Source of the DNA: a bacterium
GTDB lineage: Bacteria > Bacteroidota > Ignavibacteria > UBA10030
Direction of reading: 5' to 3'
Length of the DNA stretch: 64,000 nucleotides
Assembly: GCA_043803945.1 (NCBI GenBank)
Contig: JAZDJN010000035.1
Location: 32,001 to 96,000 of the forward strand
Shown here: piece after piece, positions 17,406 to 26,535 of the stretch
Numbering within the stretch: the stretch's first letter is position 1
Layout of the letters: each line of letters opens with the position of its first letter
Made by a program: the position numbers and the translations under genes
Notes under the pieces: generated by a model
What the model saw: the letters and a program-made list of their open reading frames with translations, nothing else
The model's database searches: none
Told to the model about the DNA's origin: nothing

Positions 17406-18298
17406 TCTTCCGGGTCTTTATCATCACGCCAATCTAAAAATACCGGATGCTGCAATGCCCCAGAATCATATTGGGGGCCAAACGTCTTAAATGACGCCAC
17501 TCTTCCAATGTGCTTTTCCATTTCGGCTTTCGGACCTGTGATGCCGGTCGAACCTACCACTCTCAGCTTTCCATTCTGGTCGTAGAGTCCGTACGACAAT
17601 CCTACGTATCCCAATTTCCACGACTCTGTGTGATCGCCATCAGGAAGAACCAAACCCGTCTGACTATCCACTCCACCAGGACGAACCCGCCATTCGCTTG
17701 GCTTGGAATCACAATCCGTGATTACAATATCAACTGGATCCCACGCTTTCACCTTTACCCATGCTGAACGACTTCCCGGCTCATACGGTCTCTCTAACCG
17801 CTTCAGCATAGCTCCCTCGCCACCTTTCTCAACAATATCGTCGTAGAAAGCTTTCTTGTTGACATACCGACGAACAGATGGGTAGATTCGACAATCCAAC
17901 AATCCCAAATCTTCCATGAACATTTCATCGAGTGATAACAGTCTTGACTTCAACGGAAATCGAGTGAAGTCGCTACTATCGTTGTATGCAAGCATGTCGA
18001 ATATCACGGCTTCGAGCTTTTCTGGGTCATTTGCCAACCAGTGATTCACTTCGCTATGTCCCTGCAGTAAATCCAAATCCCGGCGGACAATGATTTCCCC
18101 ATCGAGCTTCATGCCTGCAGGGAATCGTCCTTTTAAGAAAGAGACATCCTTCTCCTTCCCATTCCTGCTGAACTGACGATCTCCAACGATGAGAATACGG
18201 TGACCATTGAGCTTTTCATCGGCAACGATTTCCGGGGAATCCCACATCCAATCGTCTTTTCCTTCTTTGAACGAGCGTGCGAGCTGGGCTTCAATCAT
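17378..18298 (-). CDS. ATP-dependent DNA ligase
   Basis: Motif I EKLNG, III LDGEII, IIIa IFDML, IV EGAMLK, V WVKVK, VI HPVF...RDDK. Confidence 0.9.
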   Translation of the reverse strand: MIEAQLARSFKEGKDDWMWDSPEIVADEKLNGHRILIVGDRQFSRNGKEKDVSFLKGRFPAGMKLDGEIIVRRDLDLLQGHSEVNHWLANDPEKLEAVIFDMLAYNDSSDFTRFPLKSRLLSLDEMFMEDLGLLDCRIYPSVRRYVNKKAFYDDIVEKGGEGAMLKRLERPYEPGSRSAWVKVKAWDPVDIVITDCDSKPSEWRVRPGGVDSQTGLVLPDGDHTESWKLGYVGLSYGLYDQNGKLRVVGSTGITGPKAEMEKHIGRVASFKTFGPQYDSGALQHPVFLDWRDDKDPEECVFNFGEE

Positions 18299-18486
18299 AC
18301 TTCAATCTCCACCCAAACTTCTTCGCTCGTTACGGCATCAAATAACTGTGCCTCTGGAACATAGCATTCATAAACTTGCCTCCCGCAAATTCTGCACACG
18401 CCATACCATTGAATATTTTCTTCGTCAACCTTTGGAGCTTTGTCCCAATTCACATCTGCCTTCGTGCATACATGTTCATTTGCCAT
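18295..18486 (-). CDS. Small Cys-containing protein
   Basis: First ORF after promoter 18529-18556; ATGA overlap with ligase. Confidence 0.65.
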   Translation of the reverse strand: MANEHVCTKADVNWDKAPKVDEENIQWYGVCRICGRQVYECYVPEAQLFDAVTSEEVWVEIEV

Positions 18487-18528
18487 TAAATCTACCCTTT
18501 CAATGATGGTGTTTGAATGATTGAGATA

Positions 18529-18556
18529 AACATAACAAGGGAAAAAGAGTTGTCAA
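18529..18556 (-). promoter_or_regulatory. Phage early-type promoter TTGACA-N13-TGTTATGTT
   Basis: Repeated promoter family. Confidence 0.75.
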
Positions 18557-18557
18557 G

Positions 18558-18707
18558 TCAGAGCTCAATGACAATCCCATCTTGGCAATCTGCAGCTTCT
18601 TTCTCTGCTTCACCTTTGTCGATGAATACTTTATTGTTCCCTTCAACGTCCACTACAATCGCAGCGTACTCAGGGCCACCAAAAGTTTCTACAATGATAT
18701 AAGACAT
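18558..18707 (-). CDS. 49-aa hypothetical protein (not in ORF track)
   Basis: MSYIIVETFGGPEYAAIVVDVEGNNKVF...; AAAGGGA RBS. Confidence 0.6.
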   Translation of the reverse strand: MSYIIVETFGGPEYAAIVVDVEGNNKVFIDKGEAEKEAADCQDGIVIEL

Positions 18708-18722
18708 GACTGTCCCTTTCTG

Positions 18723-19091
18723 TTATGCACAATGACCACACCAACCAGACTTTTCACCATGAAACAACAGCAGACGTTCCCGTCTCCGGAATGGCGCCTT
18801 GCTAATGTCTTTCTTGTATTCAAAACACTCTTCGAATATCTTCTTAAATTTTCCCGGCTTGCACCAACTCACTGTGATGCTCTCTACTTGTGTTCCATTC
18901 TTTCGATCTTCGTCAGGAATAATGACACCAAACTCCTGAGCACCATCTTCACTGAAGGAATCATTCAACAATAATAGGCCGTTGCACTCAAACCCTGTGC
19001 AGAGCGTCCACGACGTGCATCGGTAGAGATCAGCTACTAGCTCATCAAGTTCATCATACTTCTTGACTCTGTATACTCGCAGATTCGTCAT
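18723..19091 (-). CDS. Hypothetical phage/ICE protein
   Basis: WTLCTGF..LLLNDS..EDGAQE....Q.ESITVSW; ATGA overlap. Confidence 0.75.
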   Translation of the reverse strand: MTNLRVYRVKKYDELDELVADLYRCTSWTLCTGFECNGLLLLNDSFSEDGAQEFGVIIPDEDRKNGTQVESITVSWCKPGKFKKIFEECFEYKKDISKAPFRRRERLLLFHGEKSGWCGHCA

Positions 19092-20022
19092 GCGACCTCC
19101 AACATTAACTGATTCGATACAACCACCTTTGGCTTATATAACTCAACTGCCTCTATAAACTTTTGAACGATTTCAATCACCACAGCATGGCGTCCTTCTG
19201 CCAATGCAGCTCTGGCGACATTCAACGAACCGGCAAACAAATCCATCACGATATCACCAGGCATTGTACCGAAACGGACAAGCTCTCGATATAAGTCAAC
19301 AGGCTTCTCCGATTCGTGACGCCTCTTTGTCGGAAAAATCATCTGGTGTTCCAGAACATCCTTCACAGACTTGTCAAACGGCATAGCTCTCTTGCCCTTC
19401 GACATAAACAATATCGACTCATATCGTGGACGACCATTGTATCCCATCCCCATCTGTTTCTTATCCCACACGAACAGCTTGTTGAACTGGAAACCGACAG
19501 TCTCTGCCTCAGTTATCAATGCATCAATGTGAGGTTTTGTCTCACCGGTGAGACTCGGACAGAAAATGAAACAATGCGCCCCACCCCATACCGGCTGACC
19601 GTTCGTTCCTCTTGACTCCTTCTGAGACTTCAACACCCTGAACATTTCACGGAGTAAATCTTTGTCGATGTCCCTTGTCGGATACGACCAAGATCCAGAC
19701 TGTTTCCGTGTTGTGCCACGCTCAAGGTGATGATTCAACCACGTGTAGCCAGGGTTTGTGATAATCATATCAATGACCTCTGACTCAATTTCCTTTATCC
19801 TCTCCCATACATCACCGTGAAGGGCTATTGCGACCGCCTCTCCATGCTTGGCGACATAGACACCCCTGCAAACCCGAACAAAGAGCCTACCGTTGGCTTC
19901 GTTCAATCTGCCACGAATGGTGGAATCCTTGTCTCAGGACGAACGGCTATCACTTCTGCATAGATATCTGGCAGCTTCGTCGGTTGCTTGAGGATCCTCT
20001 GCAGCAACGATGTGAGTGTCAT
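19088..20022 (-). pseudogene. Beta-class N4-C/N6-A DNA methyltransferase with N-terminal winged-helix-like domain, frameshifted at ~19929
   Basis: ITNPGY (motif IV), H..EKP, DLFAGS (motif I); ATG 20022 overlaps the upstream stop and joins the 19088..19906 frame if one A is restored. Confidence 0.75.
19539..19554. promoter_or_regulatory. Dispersed perfect palindrome GTCTCACCGGTGAGAC (parS-like)
   Basis: Identical to array copy 5007-5022. Confidence 0.7.
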
Positions 20023-20213
20023 TGTCGATCACCATTCGCTTGAACGTAGAAAGCATTCATCGCTTCGCATTCTGCTCTGACGACTGGATGCCACAACGTA
20101 TTGATGGGTGTTCCAACGTCATAATTGGAGTGGGCCCATTCCTTGAAAGACTGTAATTCTTCCTCACGTATGGATTTGAAGGTGAGTAACGGTAAGGGCT
20201 TGCAGTCACACAT
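20019..20213 (-). CDS. Hypothetical phage protein
   Basis: AGAGG RBS; F..WA..NY..G.PI...WHPVV..EC pattern. Confidence 0.7.
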   Translation of the reverse strand: MCDCKPLPLLTFKSIREEELQSFKEWAHSNYDVGTPINTLWHPVVRAECEAMNAFYVQANGDRQ

Positions 20214-20296
20214 TTACAATTTCCTCTGGGTAAAGTGGATGGTTAGATTAGTGGATTAAAGCCTCTTGGGACTTCCAGGGATTCGATATGAGCCTG

Positions 20297-20767
20297 CTAA
20301 TTCATCTGTGGTAGTGAATGGATAAGGGCTGAAAGCTGTTCTACAGAGTGACGCTTTTTATCAAGAACGATCTTGTCTAACTTTCTCGAAAAGGCATATT
20401 CTGACCAACACAATTCCGGCATATCCTCGATTAACTTCTGAGCACGTCGATACTGGAAAATGAAGTCTTCAATCGTTTCAGGGACACACTCTTCCATTAT
20501 GTTCTTTCCATGTCCATACTGGATTGTTCCATCAATCACATAGATGGAAATAAACACGCGCAATATGTTTCGTTTCCACTTAAACGACTGAAATTCACCG
20601 CACTGTTCGTAATCCCATCCAGCAAAAAGGTAGAGCATCTCGACCTTGAACTTCATTCCAAGCAACTCGCCATACGCATCAAGGTCTATTGCAGGAAGGT
20701 TCCCATACGCTTCTCTGAACGTCTCAGCTTTTGTCATTGTTTTCCTCAATTCATTATCATTGAGCAT
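20297..20767 (-). CDS. Hypothetical phage protein
   Basis: Operonic minus-strand ORF. Confidence 0.65.
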   Translation of the reverse strand: MLNDNELRKTMTKAETFREAYGNLPAIDLDAYGELLGMKFKVEMLYLFAGWDYEQCGEFQSFKWKRNILRVFISIYVIDGTIQYGHGKNIMEECVPETIEDFIFQYRRAQKLIEDMPELCWSEYAFSRKLDKIVLDKKRHSVEQLSALIHSLPQMN

Positions 20768-21054
20768 CGATACTCGAATAGGTCAGTGCTCTCAACTGCC
20801 CCAAGCTGTTCCAGGATGGAAATCGGAACTAACAGGCAACATTGCTTCTCGTCCGGTTCTGGGCATTCCGAATCTAGCACAGCCCTATCAACGACAATAC
20901 CGACCAAATCAGACGGATATTGTTCTTTCGCTTTCGATACAACTATCTGTGCCTGTAATAAATCGAACAACACAATCTTATCGCCAGACTCGAGCAATTC
21001 AACATGGTTTTTACCGACTTTTCCGACCTGAACATATCCATTTATCATTCTCAT
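20746..21054 (-). CDS. Hypothetical phage protein
   Basis: ATGA overlap with upstream gene. Confidence 0.65.
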   Translation of the reverse strand: MRMINGYVQVGKVGKNHVELLESGDKIVLFDLLQAQIVVSKAKEQYPSDLVGIVVDRAVLDSECPEPDEKQCCLLVPISILEQLGAVESTDLFEYRCSMIMN

Positions 21055-21320
21055 ACAAGTTCTCCTGTCTCTTCTCTCTGAGCGACGAACTCATCTCGTT
21101 TTTCTAAGAACATACTCATCGCATCTGCATCATTGCCTGTGGCCAACATGCAATCGGTCACTAGACCCTGCAGCTCAATGGGTTGCACATCCAGAAATTG
21201 ACCCGCTTCATGTAACTTCCTCCATCCGGCCATATCGTTTATTCCGTTACAGTGGTTGAATTGATTGAAATAACTGGCTGTATTCTTCTGAGGATTCGAT
21301 ATGAGTTTCTCAAAATCCAT
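21051..21320 (-). CDS. Hypothetical phage protein
   Basis: Operonic minus-strand ORF. Confidence 0.65.
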   Translation of the reverse strand: MDFEKLISNPQKNTASYFNQFNHCNGINDMAGWRKLHEAGQFLDVQPIELQGLVTDCMLATGNDADAMSMFLEKRDEFVAQREETGELV

Positions 21321-21338
21321 CAGGTGATAAAAGATATT

Positions 21339-21373
21339 GGAGGTAGAGAAGAGAGCAACCCTTCTCTACCCCA
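21339..21373 (-). terminator. Terminator-like hairpin
   Basis: GGTAGAGAAG/CTTCTCTACC stem just after the 21382 stop. Confidence 0.55.
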
Positions 21374-21381
21374 GCCCCAAA

Positions 21382-21960
21382 CTACTTCTTCACTGTAGCT
21401 GGCGTCGTCACTGGCGACGGCGTTACACCCTCTTTCTTTTGGGACTTCTTTGCATCCGGCTTCTCAACGTTTTCAGTTTTCTTGGCGTCGACTTGTTCGG
21501 TTTTCTTTGCTGTCATCTTCTGACCTGGCTTTGACCAATACGTCGATCGCAGGCACAGGACGATCTTCGGTGTCCCCTTCGTCAGACCGTGTTCCTGTTC
21601 GATCTTCGTCAGACCACCATCATAGATGGCTGAGTTCTCAGGCGTTTCGACGATGCGCTTCACAGGTTCTTTTCCCTCTAAATCAATCAGCTTGATATAG
21701 ATGTGGCTGGATTTCTTGTGTTCCTTCACTTCCGCGATGCCGGCAACTTTGAATGAACCGAGCGTCTTCGGCAGGATCTTTTCGAGCAATGCCATCTTTG
21801 CTGTCCGTCTGTCGCTAATTGATTCGACTGACTCGAATTTCCTTCCAGACCGTTTTCCGACCTGTCCAAGCTGTTCTTGTTCGGGTGTGCTTTTATGCAT
21901 GATTGCTAATGCGACGTGTTCTGTGGTCATACTGATACCCTTCCCATAAAGGTTCAACAT
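21382..21960 (-). CDS. Basic Lys-rich protein
   Basis: Bracketed by promoter and hairpin; K-rich low-complexity tail; probable start MTTEHV. Confidence 0.7.
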   Translation of the reverse strand: MLNLYGKGISMTTEHVALAIMHKSTPEQEQLGQVGKRSGRKFESVESISDRRTAKMALLEKILPKTLGSFKVAGIAEVKEHKKSSHIYIKLIDLEGKEPVKRIVETPENSAIYDGGLTKIEQEHGLTKGTPKIVLCLRSTYWSKPGQKMTAKKTEQVDAKKTENVEKPDAKKSQKKEGVTPSPVTTPATVKK

Positions 21961-21993
21961 AATGAATGATGATGTTATTAGATTGACATATTA

Positions 21994-22022
21994 AACATAA
22001 CAAGGAAAAAAAGAGATGTCAA
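21994..22022 (-). promoter_or_regulatory. Phage early-type promoter TTGACA-N14-TGTTATGTT
   Basis: Repeated promoter family. Confidence 0.72.
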
Positions 22023-22041
22023 ATCCAGTTGCAATAAATAT

Positions 22042-22344
22042 TTAACCGGCTGCCACCATGCGTAACGCCTTCTTGCTCAGTAAGCTGGGTGACACTCGCC
22101 ACTGCTTGCGGAACCGGAGAGTGCTTGGTTCCGGTTTCTCAACGTGTTCAGTAACAGTGACCGATTTCGAATTGAGAGAATCAATGACAACATCAATCGC
22201 CATCCCTTTGATATTCAATTCTACGATTTCGTTGACACGGAAAGCACGCATCTCTTCTTGCGCTTTCTGGTGAATCCTGTCAATGATCAGATCTCTGGTA
22301 GTGGAATTCAAATCACGAAGCTGCTCCTCTGTCATGTGTCTCAA
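22042..22344 (-). CDS. SH3/KOW-like hypothetical protein
   Basis: V.I..LN.KSV.V......WRVSPSLL pattern; may start upstream near 22383. Confidence 0.65.
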   Translation of the reverse strand: MRHMTEEQLRDLNSTTRDLIIDRIHQKAQEEMRAFRVNEIVELNIKGMAIDVVIDSLNSKSVTVTEHVEKPEPSTLRFRKQWRVSPSLLSKKALRMVAAG

Positions 22345-22406
22345 GTTAGCTTCATATCGGCTAACAAATGGTCCATTGTCATAACTATCAATCCTTTCTT
22401 CAGTGA

Positions 22407-22652
22407 TTACGATACAACTAGAACTTTTTCAGATTCATACTTCCCGGCAATGTTTCGATGAAAGAACCGGCCAGGACTTTTAGCTCTCATTAATCTGGTA
22501 GCCGTCGCTTTCTTAACCCCATAGAAATAGTAATCTCCGGACTTGAATCGAATCAACAACCGTCTGAATACATTGTCATGCTGGACAGCATTGATGCATG
22601 TCGACCGAACTTCTACCTGCCCTCGAACACGGATGGAAGCGATACGTCTCAT
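22407..22652 (-). CDS. KTSC domain protein
   Basis: V.ST.I..V.......L.IRFKSG.Y..Y.V......L..A.SPG.FFH.NI.GKY. Confidence 0.85.
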   Translation of the reverse strand: MRRIASIRVRGQVEVRSTCINAVQHDNVFRRLLIRFKSGDYYFYGVKKATATRLMRAKSPGRFFHRNIAGKYESEKVLVVS

Positions 22653-22903
22653 CGTCGCCTCCCTGACTGTGCTAATTCCGCTTCATAATCAGCATCGCGA
22701 TCCTCTTTCAACAGGGCTCCTTTGATCACCGCAGCTTTCTCTTCATCAAGCCTCTTTGCCTGTTGACGGTCAATTCGTCGTGCTTGTGTCGTGCTGATTA
22801 AATTCGCCTTCTGCAAGGCTGTCGCAATACTATCGTTGAACAACATACCGCACCTCTTAATAATTATGATTGATATTGGATTATCGACCAAGATGGTCTT
22901 CAA
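22649..22903 (-). CDS. Hypothetical phage protein
   Basis: Probable start MLFNDS after GAGG; ATGA overlap with KTSC gene. Confidence 0.55.
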   Translation of the reverse strand: MKTILVDNPISIIIIKRCGMLFNDSIATALQKANLISTTQARRIDRQQAKRLDEEKAAVIKGALLKEDRDADYEAELAQSGRRR

Positions 22904-23261
22904 GCTCTTTTACTTCTACTGCTTGCTGCTTCTGTCGAACGTTTATTTCAGTCAATCCGTTGTAAAACTTCTGAAGCCTCGCAAACTCCCCGCAGTTAAT
23001 GTCGAATTCTACTGACAGGCTCTGCAACTCACCCAAACTGTTGAGACAAGCATCGTTCCACTTCTCATGCTCTAACTTCTGAATTGTTATGTCGATCCTT
23101 CTTTTCAACGCCAGGCCGTTTTCAATCATTTTGCGTCTTACATACTCAAAGTCTGATGCTGTTTGATACAGCAAACCATTCATTGGGCTGCTTGACTCAC
23201 GAAACTCTTTGCTTTCCATCATCGCTCTCGTAAGCGACCCTGGCAACTTTTGCGTATCCAT
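22881..23261 (-). CDS. Hypothetical phage protein
   Basis: Start at MDTQKL after GAGGT (ORF track start 23372). Confidence 0.65.
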   Translation of the reverse strand: MDTQKLPGSLTRAMMESKEFRESSSPMNGLLYQTASDFEYVRRKMIENGLALKRRIDITIQKLEHEKWNDACLNSLGELQSLSVEFDINCGEFARLQKFYNGLTEINVRQKQQAVEVKELEDHLGR

Positions 23262-23295
23262 GCTGACCTCTAAAATGAAGTGAATGAATTGGGAA

Positions 23296-23823
23296 TTAGT
23301 AATATCCAATGGCCATCTCTGGCTCAACTTGCGTAGCGAACCAACTGAACGGCTTCTTGCTTGCCTGTACAAATGGATCTCGAAGAATCCACTCCATCAC
23401 CTCAAATATCCTGCTATCGATATTCACGACTTCTTTCATATGGAATCGGACGTTGTAATTATCGAACCTGTTGGCTTCTTGCATCCTCACTTCTTCCATA
23501 TTCATTACCTGCATTGGCCACCCGTCATCTGGACTTTCTACGATTTCTGGAATCTGTGGCTCATCTATCAATTGTGGTCGATACAGCGTTAAGCTGTAAA
23601 TCCCGAAACCCTCACCGATTATCACCTGATAGTGAAGCGGGCCTAAGATTGGATGGTCAAACAGCAGGAATCCATCAACCGACGAGCTGTCAGTCGGGTC
23701 CTGCGGAGCATTGATTGTCTTGTGCCTTTCTCCAAACTCCCTAACCATTCGGGCAAGAAACATGTCCCAAATCAACTGCTTTACTCTGGCTTCTTCCTGC
23801 ATTACTACAAGCTTCGCGCTCAT
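23296..23823 (-). CDS. Hypothetical phage protein
   Basis: GAGGA RBS; operonic. Confidence 0.7.
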   Translation of the reverse strand: MSAKLVVMQEEARVKQLIWDMFLARMVREFGERHKTINAPQDPTDSSSVDGFLLFDHPILGPLHYQVIIGEGFGIYSLTLYRPQLIDEPQIPEIVESPDDGWPMQVMNMEEVRMQEANRFDNYNVRFHMKEVVNIDSRIFEVMEWILRDPFVQASKKPFSWFATQVEPEMAIGYY

Positions 23824-23858
23824 ACTGTCCTCAGAATTTGGTGGTGAATAAAGAGTAA

Positions 23859-24446
23859 TTAGTTGACTACTTCTACCATCTGTTCTACCGTTACGATCTG
23901 CGCTGCTACCATCGTCGGGATTTCAACAGAATCGAGTTTTAACCAACCCCAAAGGAAGTTGTCTGGTGTCGTCTTGCTTTCCCGAAAGTCCATTTCCCCC
24001 ATCTCGAATTCTTTGGTGAAAGGAAGAGGTTGGAGTGGGTCCCACCGAAGCGTTATTCCTTTTATCTGAAACTCCCTGTTCCGAACCGCGATAAATTCGT
24101 ATCCCCATCCTTCAGGAACGTCCATAAAGTAAACTTCCACGTCGTTCTTTCTTGCAATTGCGATAGCCTCCTCGATCCCGTCCTTTCTGTGTCCCATATA
24201 CACTGTGAACTTTGGCTGGTTCTGGAGGTTCTTAATCAGATTGGCTACGCCCTTCTGCCATTCCCGATTATCGTCCTCCAAATAGATGTAAGTGTTTTCT
24301 CCGGTCTTCACCGCCAACCGCCCGTCAACCTTCATCCCACCCGCTATTTTACAGCAAAGCCCAGAACTTTGTCTGGGCTTTTTGTGGAGGGATTCCTGAA
24401 TCGAATCCATCAGGGACTTGCTTTCATCGATCTTCTTGCGTTTCAT
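23859..24446 (-). CDS. Hypothetical phage protein, first gene of early region
   Basis: GAGGAG RBS; follows promoter 24509-24536. Confidence 0.75.
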   Translation of the reverse strand: MKRKKIDESKSLMDSIQESLHKKPRQSSGLCCKIAGGMKVDGRLAVKTGENTYIYLEDDNREWQKGVANLIKNLQNQPKFTVYMGHRKDGIEEAIAIARKNDVEVYFMDVPEGWGYEFIAVRNREFQIKGITLRWDPLQPLPFTKEFEMGEMDFRESKTTPDNFLWGWLKLDSVEIPTMVAAQIVTVEQMVEVVN

Positions 24447-24508
24447 CTATTCTTCTCCTCTTTGGTTTGTTCATTGTTATGTAGTTGCTTATTGATATAT
24501 TGATATAA

Positions 24509-24536
24509 AACTATACAGATGTTTAATGAATGTCAA
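24509..24536 (-). promoter_or_regulatory. Promoter TTGACA-N13-TGTATAGTT
   Basis: Variant of the repeated promoter family. Confidence 0.6.
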
Positions 24537-25078
24537 GTATATTAAACACGACAATCTCAGTAATAACATAATATTATTATGATACTAAGATTCGATTAGG
24601 AACAATGATGAAGACGTGTCTGGTATGTTGGATGGTAAAAAGGGAGATAATCTTTTATAGACGATTGTGAAACGAATATTGTCTCTGGTATTGACGTGAA
24701 TAACCCGATAATTTCTCCAGTTGCTCAAAATAAACTGAAATAACGATATAGAGTTACACGGTGATACACTTTGATTACACATATTGAGCAATTGAAAAGA
24801 TGGGGAGAATGATCAAAGCCCGGTAAAGTGTTTGGAACCAGCCCGAACCGTGTAGTCCTTCGATCCCATAATAAATGATGTTCGATCGGTGGTCAGTGCT
24901 GTTTTCGGTTAATGATGTCAAAGAACCTTATAGTCATCGCTGCTCTGCAAGGATGAGAGGAATATACTATTCTCTTGACTATGACCTTTTATAAAGTGTT
25001 AAGCGCAGCGCAGTTGCTTTGCGGTGATTTCAACCTGGCCAGCATCAACCTTGGGGGCGGCGCTGGCGAAAACCCCCA

Positions 25079-25486
25079 TCACTTGTTGTAATGGAAGACA
25101 ATGCTTCGCCTGCCCATCTCTATGAAATACAAGTGCATCTCTTCAGTGAGATCATCGTCAATATCTATGACTGCCCGATTTCTCGACGGATCGCCCGTCC
25201 AAGACTTGGCAAGCCTATAAGGTTCAGAGATGCCGATGGGAACTGCCATTCGAAGTTTGCCCGCTCTCCAGTCAAAGCCGAAAACAAATCGTCCAGCCCC
25301 ACGGCGAATGATCTTCGTTGAGTAGGCACCGAAGTAACCTTGGTCGCTATGCCCTTGGAAATACAAGTCACTATGGTTCTTCGAACGAGCGTACTCAGTC
25401 GTTTCTCGAACCAAGCGTTCAAGGAACTTCCTCTCAACCTCTGTTGGAGAAACAGCATCTAGTGGGATTTCGTCCTTTTCAATCAT
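25079..25486 (-). CDS. Hypothetical protein, possibly a DUF5655/YjbR-like fold
   Basis: Y.GAY....RFVFGF resembles YIAYY....RVVFGF in the C-terminal half of the neighbour. Confidence 0.6.
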   Translation of the reverse strand: MIEKDEIPLDAVSPTEVERKFLERLVRETTEYARSKNHSDLYFQGHSDQGYFGAYSTKIIRRGAGRFVFGFDWRAGKLRMAVPIGISEPYRLAKSWTGDPSRNRAVIDIDDDLTEEMHLYFIEMGRRSIVFHYNK

Positions 25487-25508
25487 CTGAGGCTCCGTCC
25501 AATGCAGA

Positions 25509-26492
25509 TCAGTTCAGGCCAAAGTTCCTGAGTGCCAAAGCATCCTTTGACAAGGCGTCAATGTGCAACGTTTGGAGTTCTGGAACCTTGGCGTAATTAT
25601 AGCAAAGCTGCGCCATTTCCTTGAAAAGCGCCAAAGCTTGAGAGACGTTACTATCATCGCCAGCGCACTTCTCGTCAATTCTTACTGGAAAAATCTGATT
25701 TTTCCTTGGGGGATCCATATGTAAACCGAGAGAGCTTAGCTTTCTTGTTGCAGGATGAGATCTAAATGTTGCGTGGTCTATTTCGTACACGCTGAACTCA
25801 ACGTCAAAGGTTGAGCGAGTGGGTCCCGTATTGAAACCGAAGACAACACGAGTGGTATCAGTGCCATAATATGCAATGTAGCTGTGCTCATGCTTCGATC
25901 GAGGATTGATAGTTGGAGATACCGAAAGATAGGTCTCGTTCAGACGTTCAGCGAACTTGCGAAGACTGGGTAGAGAAGAAGCGACAAACTGTGCTGGCAG
26001 AACTTCTTTGAAGGCCGGGCGATTATCGAATAGACTTGCAAGGCTTACGGAGCTTGACAGTATTCTCCTGTCAATAATTTTGAAGACCTCATCGTTGTGA
26101 AGTGCGAATTGTGCCCACACAATTGTCGATCCTCGATCTGCGGCAGAATTTGGCGGTGGCTCAGGACTCAGAACCATGCCTACGATTCCTTGTCTATAGT
26201 TGAACCGAAATCCGTCGAGATGCCGGAAAGCGTTGAGTTCCTCAAAGAGATTCGGGTACTTCTTGGATATGAGCGCTATGTACTCTTGAAGTTGGTCTAC
26301 GACTTGGGGATCCTTTTTAACCTTGAGTTCAAGAACTATCGGGATGGAAGTGGCAAGATCAAATCCAAGTATGTCGGTTCGCTTTCCGACGTGTTGAGCG
26401 ACCACCTTGGGAACCTCTGAATTTACATGATGCAGCCCAAGCGTCTGCATATTTGATGAGACGAAACTATTGAGAATCTTCTCCTTGATCAT
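25509..26492 (-). CDS. PD-(D/E)XK endonuclease (NucS/EndoMS-like N-domain) with C-terminal sensor-like domain
   Basis: E...RTDILGFD....IVLELK.......DQLQEY. Confidence 0.75.
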   Translation of the reverse strand: MIKEKILNSFVSSNMQTLGLHHVNSEVPKVVAQHVGKRTDILGFDLATSIPIVLELKVKKDPQVVDQLQEYIALISKKYPNLFEELNAFRHLDGFRFNYRQGIVGMVLSPEPPPNSAADRGSTIVWAQFALHNDEVFKIIDRRILSSSVSLASLFDNRPAFKEVLPAQFVASSLPSLRKFAERLNETYLSVSPTINPRSKHEHSYIAYYGTDTTRVVFGFNTGPTRSTFDVEFSVYEIDHATFRSHPATRKLSSLGLHMDPPRKNQIFPVRIDEKCAGDDSNVSQALALFKEMAQLCYNYAKVPELQTLHIDALSKDALALRNFGLN

Positions 26493-26535
26493 TGATGACC
26501 TCTATTTTTTAAAATAGATAATGAAAAACAATTCA

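Noticed and set aside
24550-25078. attC or shared left-end repeat for islands 2 and 3
   Set aside because: Only short, non-collinear word matches with 53340-53500; no attC fold found by eye.
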